The translations under genes and the position numbers were made by a program. From IMG/VR virus record IMGVR_UViG_3300037067_026422: 64,000 bases of DNA; one strand, 5' to 3'. Below, piece by piece: positions 40,773 to 49,876 of this stretch (within the stretch, counting starts at the first letter, position 1; each line of letters opens with the position of its first letter). The stretch is from a virus. Lineage: Duplodnaviria; Caudoviricetes. The notes below the pieces were generated by a model that was given only the letters and a program-made list of their open reading frames with translations, was not told the DNA's origin and did not search any database.

Positions 40773-42738
40773 AGTTGTCTGGTAAATTCGTGTTGTAAAA
40801 GGGGTCCCTGAACTTATTTAACTCCCATTTATCATTTATATATGATATCGCCTTCAAAAATTGTTCATCAGCTGCAGAATCCAATCCCCGGGTATAAGAT
40901 TCCCTATGGTATAGTCGAGCAAAAGGGGTGTATACTATAGATTTTTCCTTTTGTCGCAACTTAAGACACAAATCTATATCATTGAAAGCCTTTGGTAACT
41001 TTATATCAAACCCCTTAACCGCCTGGAAGTCACTCCGTCTAACTAGCATACAAGCACCAGTTACTGCCGTAATATCCTGTGTAAGGTGCGGTCGAGAGAA
41101 ATACCCGGGCACCCAGTCATATATATATTTATGACTATGCCCAGCCACCCCATTGACTCCTATAAATATCCCGGCATGCTGGATCTTATGATCCATATAC
41201 AATAACTTGGCTCCAACAGCAGCTACCTCAGGTCTTATGAAATGCTGAATCATGTTATGAAGCCACTCCGGATGCATTATCTCTATATCGTTATTCAAAA
41301 ACAATACAAATTCAGATTCACTAGTATAATTATTAACCGCATAATTATTGATGGCAGAAAAATTGAATTTCTTATTGTACTCTATAATCTTAATGCCCCT
41401 ATTAAAAGATAATTTTGAAAGATACTCAAAAGTCCCCTTTTCCTCACTCTTATTATTGACTAAAAGTAGCTCATAGTTCGGATAAGAGGTCATCTCAAAA
41501 GTTTTTAGCAGGTTATTAAGAACATGTATCTGATCCTTGAAGGGTATGATAATAGATACCCTCGGATAATTCAGGGGAATATATCGAACATCATAATGCC
41601 CGGGGAAATATCCAGCAGTCACTATAGCCTTCCTCCCAAGCCTCTTCAGATGCCCCTCCAGGGCACGAGCACCATTGAACCGGGCATCCGGCTTATTCAC
41701 TATGCTACTTGATGTAGAGGTAGGTGTAATACGCCAATGATACAGTATCCTGGGGATATGTCGAATGTTCTTGGTATGCTCTACAATCCTTAATGCCAAA
41801 TCGTAGTCCTGTGATCCATCAAATCCTTTTCTTATATCTCCTACTTCATTTACCAAACTTTTTCTGTATACTGAAAAATGACACATATACATAGAGGAAA
41901 GAAGAAGGCTATAATTAAAGTCAGGCTTATAAAAGGGCCCTACAAAAGACCCATCATCAAGCACCTTATCCTCATCAGTATAAATTAAATCAACACCCGA
42001 GTCAGCCCTATACTCCAAAGCCACATATAAAAGAGCATCTTTATCCAAAAGATCATCATGATCAAGGAATCCTACATATTTACCTGTAGCCATAGCCAAA
42101 GCTTCATTTGTAGCTTCGACTATCCCTTTATTAGCAGTGTTTATTCTAACCTTTATCTGGTTATATAAGATCGACTCAAGATAATTCTTGAGTTCCGGAT
42201 CATTAGATCCATCATCTACGATACACAATTCCCATATACCATAAGACTGATTAAGTACGCTTTCAACAGTCTTTTTCAGATATCCAAGATTAGTCTTATA
42301 GACAGGCATAATAATGCTTATCAAGGGAGGATCTTCAAATTCGTATAAAGTGCTGTTTTCCCCCTCCAAATAGAGGCACGGGCCTCCACTACACATTTTA
42401 ATACCAAAATGACCTGTACCCTTCCCTTTCTCAACTTCAAGAAGGATACTAATTATACAATCTGATTTGGGATGATAATTCATATCCAGGACTATAGGAC
42501 TATCCTGGATAATCTGCTCTGATTTTATAGTATATCTACGATGGGCTTTATCTAAATAAACCTCTGCAGTAATTTTTCCTGTCACTTCCCCAGAGGTATT
42601 GAAGAACAAACCTATGGAGTCTATTTTACCGGGTTTTACCGGGATATTGAAGGCGTAGCTACTTAAGGGTACATACCCTGAATCCTTGTCTACATTACTG
42701 TAGATTTGGTTGTCTCTTTTTGTTACTGTGTATGCCAT
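40750..42738 (-). CDS. Glycosyltransferase with two GT2 domains
   Basis: SIIMPVY/VDDGS/LDHDD/GSQDYDL and SIIIPFKD/LNND/VTGACM. Confidence 0.88.
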   Translation of the reverse strand: MAYTVTKRDNQIYSNVDKDSGYVPLSSYAFNIPVKPGKIDSIGLFFNTSGEVTGKITAEVYLDKAHRRYTIKSEQIIQDSPIVLDMNYHPKSDCIISILLEVEKGKGTGHFGIKMCSGGPCLYLEGENSTLYEFEDPPLISIIMPVYKTNLGYLKKTVESVLNQSYGIWELCIVDDGSNDPELKNYLESILYNQIKVRINTANKGIVEATNEALAMATGKYVGFLDHDDLLDKDALLYVALEYRADSGVDLIYTDEDKVLDDGSFVGPFYKPDFNYSLLLSSMYMCHFSVYRKSLVNEVGDIRKGFDGSQDYDLALRIVEHTKNIRHIPRILYHWRITPTSTSSSIVNKPDARFNGARALEGHLKRLGRKAIVTAGYFPGHYDVRYIPLNYPRVSIIIPFKDQIHVLNNLLKTFEMTSYPNYELLLVNNKSEEKGTFEYLSKLSFNRGIKIIEYNKKFNFSAINNYAVNNYTSESEFVLFLNNDIEIMHPEWLHNMIQHFIRPEVAAVGAKLLYMDHKIQHAGIFIGVNGVAGHSHKYIYDWVPGYFSRPHLTQDITAVTGACMLVRRSDFQAVKGFDIKLPKAFNDIDLCLKLRQKEKSIVYTPFARLYHRESYTRGLDSAADEQFLKAISYINDKWELNKFRDPFYNTNLPDNCEGKSWI

Positions 42739-43321
42739 TTTTTAGGTGATCCTCGAATAGGACTATGGTGTGATGAAGTACTTCCTGTTCATCCCCTACA
42801 GCAGGGATATTTATTATGGGCACTTTAATATATTCCTGTGTTTGCAGATAAGCCTTGAGTACCTCTCTCTGATTATCTATATCCAGAGAGGGATCCCGTT
42901 CTATGCATATCTCCACAGGAGTATCTACAAAGATATAAAGATCTGGCTGAAGAAACAATATCTCACTTAAATAGAGTTCTTTAATAAATCTGAAGCAATT
43001 AGGTGAAAATTTAAAAGCGTATGCCAGTCCAGACCATAAATAGCGTTCACAGACTACATTCTTTGCGGCTATGTAATTCTGGTGTCTTATACGGGACTCA
43101 AAAAAGATTCGTTCTCTGCGGTATTCATCGACGTACCCGGGAGAATTCAGTTGTTTAGCTTCTTCTATAGAAAAGGTGGGCTCTTTAGTCCAAATGAAAT
43201 CACCAAAGTGAGGATCCAACTTTAAAAGACCATCATCCTTACAGCTGTTAAGATACTCAGCAAACTTAACAGATAGGGTGCTTTTTCCCGCACGGTCGAT
43301 GCCTTCAAAGGCGATAAACAT
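42695..43321 (-). CDS. tmk: Thymidylate (dTMP) kinase
   Basis: FIAFEGIDRAGKST P-loop, KEPT and ERY..S..AY. Confidence 0.8.
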   Translation of the reverse strand: MFIAFEGIDRAGKSTLSVKFAEYLNSCKDDGLLKLDPHFGDFIWTKEPTFSIEEAKQLNSPGYVDEYRRERIFFESRIRHQNYIAAKNVVCERYLWSGLAYAFKFSPNCFRFIKELYLSEILFLQPDLYIFVDTPVEICIERDPSLDIDNQREVLKAYLQTQEYIKVPIINIPAVGDEQEVLHHTIVLFEDHLKNGIHSNKKRQPNLQ

Positions 43322-43388
43322 AAAAAGTCCTTTTATCTTATATGATCTAAATTTTAATATACTTTAAGTAGTATCCTATTCGCCAGCT

Positions 43389-43485
43389 ATAAAAAGAGGT
43401 GTCCGACCGGTGACGCGAACGCCAAGTCCTGCTTAATCTTCACTTACGTGACCGGAAACTTTTTTCATGGCAGACCTCTTTTTAT
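43389..43485 (-). promoter_or_regulatory. Structured intergenic element closed by a 12-bp perfect inverted repeat and containing an 11-aa micro-ORF
   Basis: ATAAAAAGAGGT at 43389-43400 and ACCTCTTTTTAT at 43474-43485; inner CCGGT/ACCGG stem. Confidence 0.45.
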
Positions 43486-43494
43486 TACTGACTA

Positions 43495-44364
43495 CTATTT
43501 ACACACACTATCGGACGTATCCCGAATATGCTCATCAATTCGATATCTTACGAACAATGTATCATATTCCTTCTTTTTCCGCAACACATTCGGAACATAT
43601 TCCTTGGTTTCCAAAGCAAGCTTTCCTTTATCACTCTTATAGTAGTAAGCCTGCCACGGTCCCCCATTATAGTCCGCCAAGGCCACCTCCCAGGATTGGT
43701 GCTGGGCATATAAGAAGTCAAAGAGCTTGACAGCAAATCTTGTACTTACCTGTATACTTGACGGAGATTTGTACAAAAGAGAATCAGTATATTCCACTCC
43801 AAAATGCCCCGCCATAATTCTCCCTGTAGAGGGCATGATCTGGTTGATCCCCAAGGCTCCAGCTTTACTTCTGGCATCCTTCTGAAACTTGGACTCTATA
43901 CACTGGGTCGCCAAGATAGTAAATGGCTCTATGTATGTATAACTTTCACATTCTTTAAGTATGACTTCTGCTATTAAATATGCTTCGTCAAGATTTACTC
44001 TGATCCTGCTGGTCTTCCACTGCTTTACTATCTGATCTCTCATGAACAGGGTCAACTGAGCCCGTCTTGATGACCAGTCTATAGTTGACAGAAGAAACTG
44101 ATTAGTTTCAGTGTGTCGCACAAACTGATCCTCTTGCACCTGACGTATACTGGTGATCTCTCTGTTGAAGTTCACTGACATGGTAATCAGGAGATAGGTC
44201 AGCCCTCCAGAAATGAGCATGAAAAAGAATGCCCATATCCGGCTTGCGGTCAGCCATTTACCTTTCTTTTTAGGTAAAACTTCCGCAGCATCATGTTCCT
44301 CATCCTGCATTGACTGCTCCTTTGAAAGGGATTCATAATTTCTCTCTCCGTAAGAATGTGCCAT
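43495..44364 (-). CDS. Membrane-anchored lytic transglycosylase (SLT family)
   Basis: IES.F, A.S.AGALGINQIMP, ALADYNGG and ETKEYV; one TM segment. Confidence 0.85.
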   Translation of the reverse strand: MAHSYGERNYESLSKEQSMQDEEHDAAEVLPKKKGKWLTASRIWAFFFMLISGGLTYLLITMSVNFNREITSIRQVQEDQFVRHTETNQFLLSTIDWSSRRAQLTLFMRDQIVKQWKTSRIRVNLDEAYLIAEVILKECESYTYIEPFTILATQCIESKFQKDARSKAGALGINQIMPSTGRIMAGHFGVEYTDSLLYKSPSSIQVSTRFAVKLFDFLYAQHQSWEVALADYNGGPWQAYYYKSDKGKLALETKEYVPNVLRKKKEYDTLFVRYRIDEHIRDTSDSVCK

Positions 44365-44602
44365 TTTTCCAAAACTCTATATGTTTATTCTTAGGATCAA
44401 TCAATGCGGGACCACCATCTCTATGCAATCTTCCATGCCAATACCAAGCTTCATAACCGGTTCTCCGATGTATCTCAGCGGGACCCTTTTCACGATGTTT
44501 CTTACCATCATAAATATAAAGCTCAATATCTCCAGACAGAATATTTTTTCCGTTTGGAAGCTTAGGTACTTTTCCTATATTGAAATTCACAGGAATATTC
44601 AA
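44333..44602 (-). CDS. Hypothetical protein with HRxxGPA repeats
   Basis: HREKGPA and HRDGGPA. Confidence 0.55.
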   Translation of the reverse strand: MNIPVNFNIGKVPKLPNGKNILSGDIELYIYDGKKHREKGPAEIHRRTGYEAWYWHGRLHRDGGPALIDPKNKHIEFWKNGTFLRREKL

Positions 44603-44612
44603 AAATCAGTCC

Positions 44613-45341
44613 TTACATTTTTAACTTATCTATAGGCTCAAATGTGTCAGTATTCTTCAATTCATATAAATAAGGCTTGCCATAGCCACTTTTTCTTGGA
44701 TCCATAGCTACCTGCTCCGAGGTATACCCCCAATTTACACACTGCCCAGCATGATAGCAAAAGATGTCCCTACAAAAAGCCACAGACCAGCCATCTTCTC
44801 TCATCATCTTAGAAACCAACCCATCATCTCCATATGCCCCTAAAGTCTGCCTATAAGTTCTTATTGGGAAGGCTTCTGTTCTGCACAATTTCAGGGTATT
44901 TCCTACAGCTAAACATCTAACTATATCTTTATCAACTTGATAGGGTTCTTGAAGGCACTGCGGAGGAAGCTGCGGAGCAAGTAATCCAAGATCAGGGTGG
45001 GCATCCATGATAGCTATCATCTGAGTCAACCAATCAGGCTCTATCTTAGGTGGGTATACATCATTATCGGTAACACAAAAGTATTTCTCGGTACTTTCAG
45101 TCATCATATAAAAAATACCCTTGTTATATAGACATCCGGTATTTCTGTTATCCAAATGTAAGGATTCAATTCTACCCGTATCCAAGAGTTTTACAAGTTC
45201 TTTCTGAGTCTCCTTATCACTACCATTGTCAAAGATATGCAACTTGAAGGTACCTGGATAGGTGCGTTCATGTAGCATATCGACAGTCTTTATTGTCATA
45301 TCAATTCTAAAAAAACTCGTGATATAGATGTTTATTGGCAT
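44613..45341 (-). CDS. Glycosyltransferase, GT2-like
   Basis: TSFFR, FDNGS and TDND. Confidence 0.7.
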   Translation of the reverse strand: MPINIYITSFFRIDMTIKTVDMLHERTYPGTFKLHIFDNGSDKETQKELVKLLDTGRIESLHLDNRNTGCLYNKGIFYMMTESTEKYFCVTDNDVYPPKIEPDWLTQMIAIMDAHPDLGLLAPQLPPQCLQEPYQVDKDIVRCLAVGNTLKLCRTEAFPIRTYRQTLGAYGDDGLVSKMMREDGWSVAFCRDIFCYHAGQCVNWGYTSEQVAMDPRKSGYGKPYLYELKNTDTFEPIDKLKM

Positions 45342-45560
45342 ACTGTTTCCTTCAGATATTAATAGATCATCATAATGTGTGTATGTCCCGCATACGTTGT
45401 ACTTTTCTGCTTAAATCCTATATCAAAAATCTGAACTAATTAAGCTACTGATATCTTAGATGTGATGATATACAAAGGGCTATATACAAATCAACTATTA
45501 TTTATAATCTATACTTTTAATAATTGTGCTGTGTCAATATAAGATGCTTCGCTGATCATC

Positions 45561-45881
45561 CTACACACCTATCTGTAAGCGAAATCTTGCTATCACTCCA
45601 GAAACGGGTTCATTTAGAAGCAAGGGCATCTTACCTATATCCTCATGAAACAGCACTCTCTTTAACTCTATGCAACTTGGAAGGATAGTATTTTTAGCTC
45701 TAATATCAAAATAAACCTCAGACATAGTCTTGAATTTTTTGCTTATATATCTTGTTACATCTAATAAAGCTTGTAATACATCTACCTCTTCACTGTGTAC
45801 GCTATTTCTTATTTGATCCCGAAGCATTCTGTGCAAAAGCGTAACCTGTCCTGTTGTGTATACTATTTCTTTGCTCTTCAT
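45561..45881 (-). CDS. Hypothetical protein
   Basis: ATGA overlap with the upstream gene. Confidence 0.55.
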   Translation of the reverse strand: MKSKEIVYTTGQVTLLHRMLRDQIRNSVHSEEVDVLQALLDVTRYISKKFKTMSEVYFDIRAKNTILPSCIELKRVLFHEDIGKMPLLLNEPVSGVIARFRLQIGV

Positions 45882-46519
45882 GGTACAATCTTTCTCACTT
45901 CCTTAGTCACAAAATCATAGAGTACATAAGACTTAGTCACAAAATCCAAACCTACCGACAGTATTCCATTTATATTGCCCATCTGAAACATATGATGATG
46001 ACCATATACATGGATAGAGGGTTTTAAAGCTTTAATCAAATCAGTAACTATCTGATTACCTATATCCTTACCTCCTTTGAAAAAAGGCTTTGGTGCTTCG
46101 TGGGTCAAAAGAATATCCGTTTCTGTCTTATAGCTGATAAGGTGCTGATATTCTTCTGCAGTAAAATGCCTTCTTCTATCACCACAAAGAGAAGCGGTTT
46201 TATTCAGATAGAATTTGGATGAATAGTTCCCACCAAGAACACATACATTATAAGATATACCTGAGCTCGTATACTGATTCATGCTACCGTTTTTAAGAAA
46301 CAGAGGATTATTTGTCTTTTTCAGCTCTTCAAGATAATTCCAGTTCTCGTGGTTTCCCTGAATGAAATGAAAGTTTGAAGGAAAGTCAGGATAAGTTTCA
46401 TCCTCAGCCCCAAGATCCCCAATCTGGAACCATCTCTTTACTTCAGGATGAGCTTTGATAATGTTGAACATTCCATCAAAATTACTATGTACATCTCCTA
46501 TGAATCCTATTATAGACAT
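45878..46519 (-). CDS. Calcineurin-like metallophosphoesterase
   Basis: GDVH, GDLG, GNHE, THEAP and GHHH; ATG at 46519 preferred as start. Confidence 0.88.
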   Translation of the reverse strand: MSIIGFIGDVHSNFDGMFNIIKAHPEVKRWFQIGDLGAEDETYPDFPSNFHFIQGNHENWNYLEELKKTNNPLFLKNGSMNQYTSSGISYNVCVLGGNYSSKFYLNKTASLCGDRRRHFTAEEYQHLISYKTETDILLTHEAPKPFFKGGKDIGNQIVTDLIKALKPSIHVYGHHHMFQMGNINGILSVGLDFVTKSYVLYDFVTKEVRKIVP

Positions 46520-46520
46520 C

Positions 46521-46979
46521 TTATAGCTCTTTCCTGATTTTTTCACAGGTATCCACCATAGTATCATTATTTATGACTTTTTCTTCTATAAACTTTTTAA
46601 ATTGAGGTAGTCGCGCTTTTACCTTTTCAAAAAGCCCTACCACATCCAATATTACCTTTCCGCTTTTATTATCAATTGCCTCAGTCAATTTATTGATGGA
46701 TAGTATTCCAAGCTGCACAGCTCTCAAAGTGACTACCAAAGCAACTATATCTTTTCTGCAAACATACTTATACAACATCCATATCCGACTACCATATATT
46801 CCATAAGTATCAAGTGCTAATATAGTAGATAAAGATCCAAGAGCAGCATCTGGATCAATAGCTTCAGATCTCTCATAGAGCAGCTTGAGTACGGACAATC
46901 CCCCAGGATTACCTTCAGACATCTTAATGAAAATATCTAATAGAGAATCATTCAATGCAATACGTTCTTGATGTCGCAT
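46521..46979 (-). CDS. Hypothetical protein
   Basis: MSEGNPGG..LDTYGIYGSRIWMLYK; AAGGA RBS. Confidence 0.6.
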   Translation of the reverse strand: MRHQERIALNDSLLDIFIKMSEGNPGGLSVLKLLYERSEAIDPDAALGSLSTILALDTYGIYGSRIWMLYKYVCRKDIVALVVTLRAVQLGILSINKLTEAIDNKSGKVILDVVGLFEKVKARLPQFKKFIEEKVINNDTMVDTCEKIRKEL

Positions 46980-46988
46980 ATTATATCC

Positions 46989-47489
46989 TTAAAGCTGTAA
47001 ATTGTGGCCACAGTTATAGCAGTACTTAAATCCTTCCTGTCTTAGCTTTTCATGGGCAGCATAACATTTAGCAGTCTTATCAAACTCCTCATCCAACTTT
47101 TCTTCTATTGCTTGTATTTCTTCATTATCTTTGATAGATTTGCTTATCAACTCTATTGATTCAGGCTTGCCCGGAGTCATGATAGCATCCAATAATGTAA
47201 TAGGTTCTTTGCTCCTGGCTTCTACCGCTTTTAATCTGACTTTCAGAATTTCTTCCCTATACTGTTCCTGATTGTATAGAAAAAACTGTACAGCAGTATT
47301 AAGGGCACTGGCTATTTCCATAGCTTCACAAGGAGTCATGTAAATAGAGATCTTCCTGCCTTCTACCTCGGTAAAATTAAGCTTTACTACATCACATGCC
47401 GGTTGCCCTTCTTCAGGAAACAACGTGATCGATAGTTGCTCATTAATTTCCATATCCATACGATCTTTAATAATTTCTGGTAATTCCAT
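46989..47489 (-). CDS. Hypothetical protein with a C-terminal Zn-ribbon
   Basis: FKYCYNCG. Confidence 0.55.
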   Translation of the reverse strand: MELPEIIKDRMDMEINEQLSITLFPEEGQPACDVVKLNFTEVEGRKISIYMTPCEAMEIASALNTAVQFFLYNQEQYREEILKVRLKAVEARSKEPITLLDAIMTPGKPESIELISKSIKDNEEIQAIEEKLDEEFDKTAKCYAAHEKLRQEGFKYCYNCGHNLQL

Positions 47490-47498
47490 TTCATCCCC

Positions 47499-48302
47499 TT
47501 AATGAGTTAATGCACTTCCATCAAATAAATTACTCTTTGTTAAATCCACTGTAGTCAAAACAGGAACATCTATGACCCATTTCTCCACATAGTCACGATC
47601 CTTACTTATAACAGGCATCTCATAATCAACAACCCATTTTGACCGCAGAGTACCCTTAAAATCAATGTGAATCTTATAAATTGCAGATCCCCTTTTAAAA
47701 AATGTAGGGATATCGTTCCAATTAATTCCTTTCTCAAGCATCAGCATATCCTGCTTTTGACTCCCATTTTTACCCATAAGCTGCTTATGTGAGAAATGAA
47801 CCATAGCCACTTGTGAGACTGAATTTTTTTCACAATCTCGTTGCCTCCAATAGAAATAATTCGTGACCTCTTCTTTCGGAAGATTCCAGGCTCGAGCATC
47901 AAATATCGCCGGTCCCTTCTTTTTATACTGCTCCGGGAGCAGCTTAAGACATACCTGATTAAATGCCGCGGTACAGATAGATGCAGCTACACTCTCAATC
48001 TTGTTCGCCCGGTAATCAAACCATGCCTGAGTACTAATATCCTGATAATCACAAACCAGAATCGATATCTCATCACTTTGAGTATATCCGAACCGAGCCC
48101 CCTCAATTTCACTACAAAGTTTATACATGGTATAGTCCATGCATTGTTTTAGCAAAAAATCAAAAGGTCGTGCAAGTCCTTTAGTCCAAGAATGAAATGC
48201 TTTTCCATCAAGTCTCAAAAGTAAAGGGGATCTCCTGAGTAGCTGCCTGTAAGCCCTTTGCTCATAATCCTTCATTCTATCCCCAAGTGAATCTTGTTTC
48301 AT
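47499..48302 (-). CDS. tRNA(His) guanylyltransferase Thg1-like protein
   Basis: RLDGKAFH, QSDEIS, FDAR and NYFYWRQ.D. Confidence 0.92.
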   Translation of the reverse strand: MKQDSLGDRMKDYEQRAYRQLLRRSPLLLRLDGKAFHSWTKGLARPFDFLLKQCMDYTMYKLCSEIEGARFGYTQSDEISILVCDYQDISTQAWFDYRANKIESVAASICTAAFNQVCLKLLPEQYKKKGPAIFDARAWNLPKEEVTNYFYWRQRDCEKNSVSQVAMVHFSHKQLMGKNGSQKQDMLMLEKGINWNDIPTFFKRGSAIYKIHIDFKGTLRSKWVVDYEMPVISKDRDYVEKWVIDVPVLTTVDLTKSNLFDGSALTH

Positions 48303-48937
48303 ATGTCAAATTCCTCTGTATTCTTGTAAGCACTTTTAGTGATACCATCATAAGCAAAGCGTATCTTAACAATTAGCATTCTTATCACCTTACCTATAAA
48401 GTCATCCAGCAATGACCACAATGCTGAAATGGGCCAGTACAATATCCAAAGTGATATCGTCCGCTTATGTTTGATGGCTTTAGGTATAGGATCTCTAAAA
48501 GAACTTCCAGTACATTTCCATTCTTCCATAAGATTTGTGGGTACTATGGTCTCAAGAGTTATATTCTCAAGGCCCTCTACCCGGAAACCTTTGGAAGTTC
48601 TTATCTCTTTTTGTTTCACAAGCCAATCGCTTCTCTTTACCTTATATGCAAGAGCTTCCTTATTCACGAATAGCCACCATTTTAAGAAAGACCATATAAA
48701 TCCTATCACGATGTACCCCAAAATAAAAAATAAGGTACGTGTAGGATGCTCTAAGAAGCCTTTAAATATATCTTTTTCTACTATGAATTGAATAAAAAGA
48801 AGATATACAAAGATATTAAATCCAGAGAGTACTATAAATTCTTTTGCTACCCAATAAAAGAGAAGGATGACCCATGCAAAAGTAAGAACAAAATACCAAG
48901 CTGTTCCAAGCGCAAAAAACGTAGATAGAACTTCCAT
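48299..48937 (-). CDS. Hypothetical membrane protein
   Basis: 3-4 hydrophobic segments. Confidence 0.6.
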   Translation of the reverse strand: MEVLSTFFALGTAWYFVLTFAWVILLFYWVAKEFIVLSGFNIFVYLLFIQFIVEKDIFKGFLEHPTRTLFFILGYIVIGFIWSFLKWWLFVNKEALAYKVKRSDWLVKQKEIRTSKGFRVEGLENITLETIVPTNLMEEWKCTGSSFRDPIPKAIKHKRTISLWILYWPISALWSLLDDFIGKVIRMLIVKIRFAYDGITKSAYKNTEEFDI

Positions 48938-48960
48938 AAATACCCCTTTCCTATAACTCT

Positions 48961-49233
48961 TTAAATAATTTCACATTCTTTTGCATTTTTTAATAATTTC
49001 ATAAAAGCCGCCTCATTGTCAAAGAAGGATAATAGTACGATATAGATAAGCGCCCCACCAACTACTAAAATAATACTAATAGTAACTATGGCCTCAACCT
49101 TACACAAAAAATCTAAGTTTAATTTTGTGACAAAGAAAAGAAGAGCAACTATCACAAGTATAGCTAAGATTATCCAAACACCTATCGGCATGCTATCCCC
49201 CTTTAATAACCTCTGACACATCAATATCCCCAT
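48961..49233 (-). CDS. Small membrane protein
   Basis: Two TM segments; true start probably at MPIGVW. Confidence 0.5.
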   Translation of the reverse strand: MGILMCQRLLKGDSMPIGVWIILAILVIVALLFFVTKLNLDFLCKVEAIVTISIILVVGGALIYIVLLSFFDNEAAFMKLLKNAKECEII

Positions 49234-49876
49234 CTGGATCCAGCTCTTTTGTATCCACCCCTTTCGATAATGAACTATATGCCTTAATGATATCCTTGAT
49301 CACCAGTATATCATACTCACTTAGGCACTCCTCATTGAATCTCGGGGCATTTCGGATAATAAATGAGGGATGGTACGTCGGCATCATACCTATATGCCCA
49401 AAAGCTATATTTGAAAAATTTAATATTTTGCCATGGTCCTTAAGCATCGATCCTGACTCAGGCATGAATACTGTTTTAGAGGCATTCCCGAGTGGTATGA
49501 TCATACCCAGCCCTCGCTTCTTAAGAGTATCTATATCCTGGTACAGATGCTGCAGACAAAAATCATATTCTTTTTGAGTAGGTACTCTATTATCATCAGG
49601 ATTGTCCCGTATTGTATTCGAAAAGGCTACCCCGATGTGCTTTTTCAGCTTCTGCCGAACATATAAGACTTGCTGGCGTAACCTTGATCCTGACTTCCCT
49701 ATAAAAGGTCTCCCTTGCTTTCGCTCATCCGATCCACCACCCTGACCTATGAACAACAGGGATACGTTTCCTTCAGGATCGGGATGAACTTCGGTCGGAA
49801 GAAAGCAGCACTTTTGATAAGCAGTACACATCTTGCAGATACACTTACACGGGATCAACTCATGGTCGATATGCAT
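49193..49876 (-). CDS. Uracil-DNA glycosylase superfamily protein (family 4-like)
   Basis: LFIGQG.G..E...GRPFIGKSG and TYHPSF. Confidence 0.8.
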   Translation of the reverse strand: MHIDHELIPCKCICKMCTAYQKCCFLPTEVHPDPEGNVSLLFIGQGGGSDERKQGRPFIGKSGSRLRQQVLYVRQKLKKHIGVAFSNTIRDNPDDNRVPTQKEYDFCLQHLYQDIDTLKKRGLGMIIPLGNASKTVFMPESGSMLKDHGKILNFSNIAFGHIGMMPTYHPSFIIRNAPRFNEECLSEYDILVIKDIIKAYSSLSKGVDTKELDPDGDIDVSEVIKGG

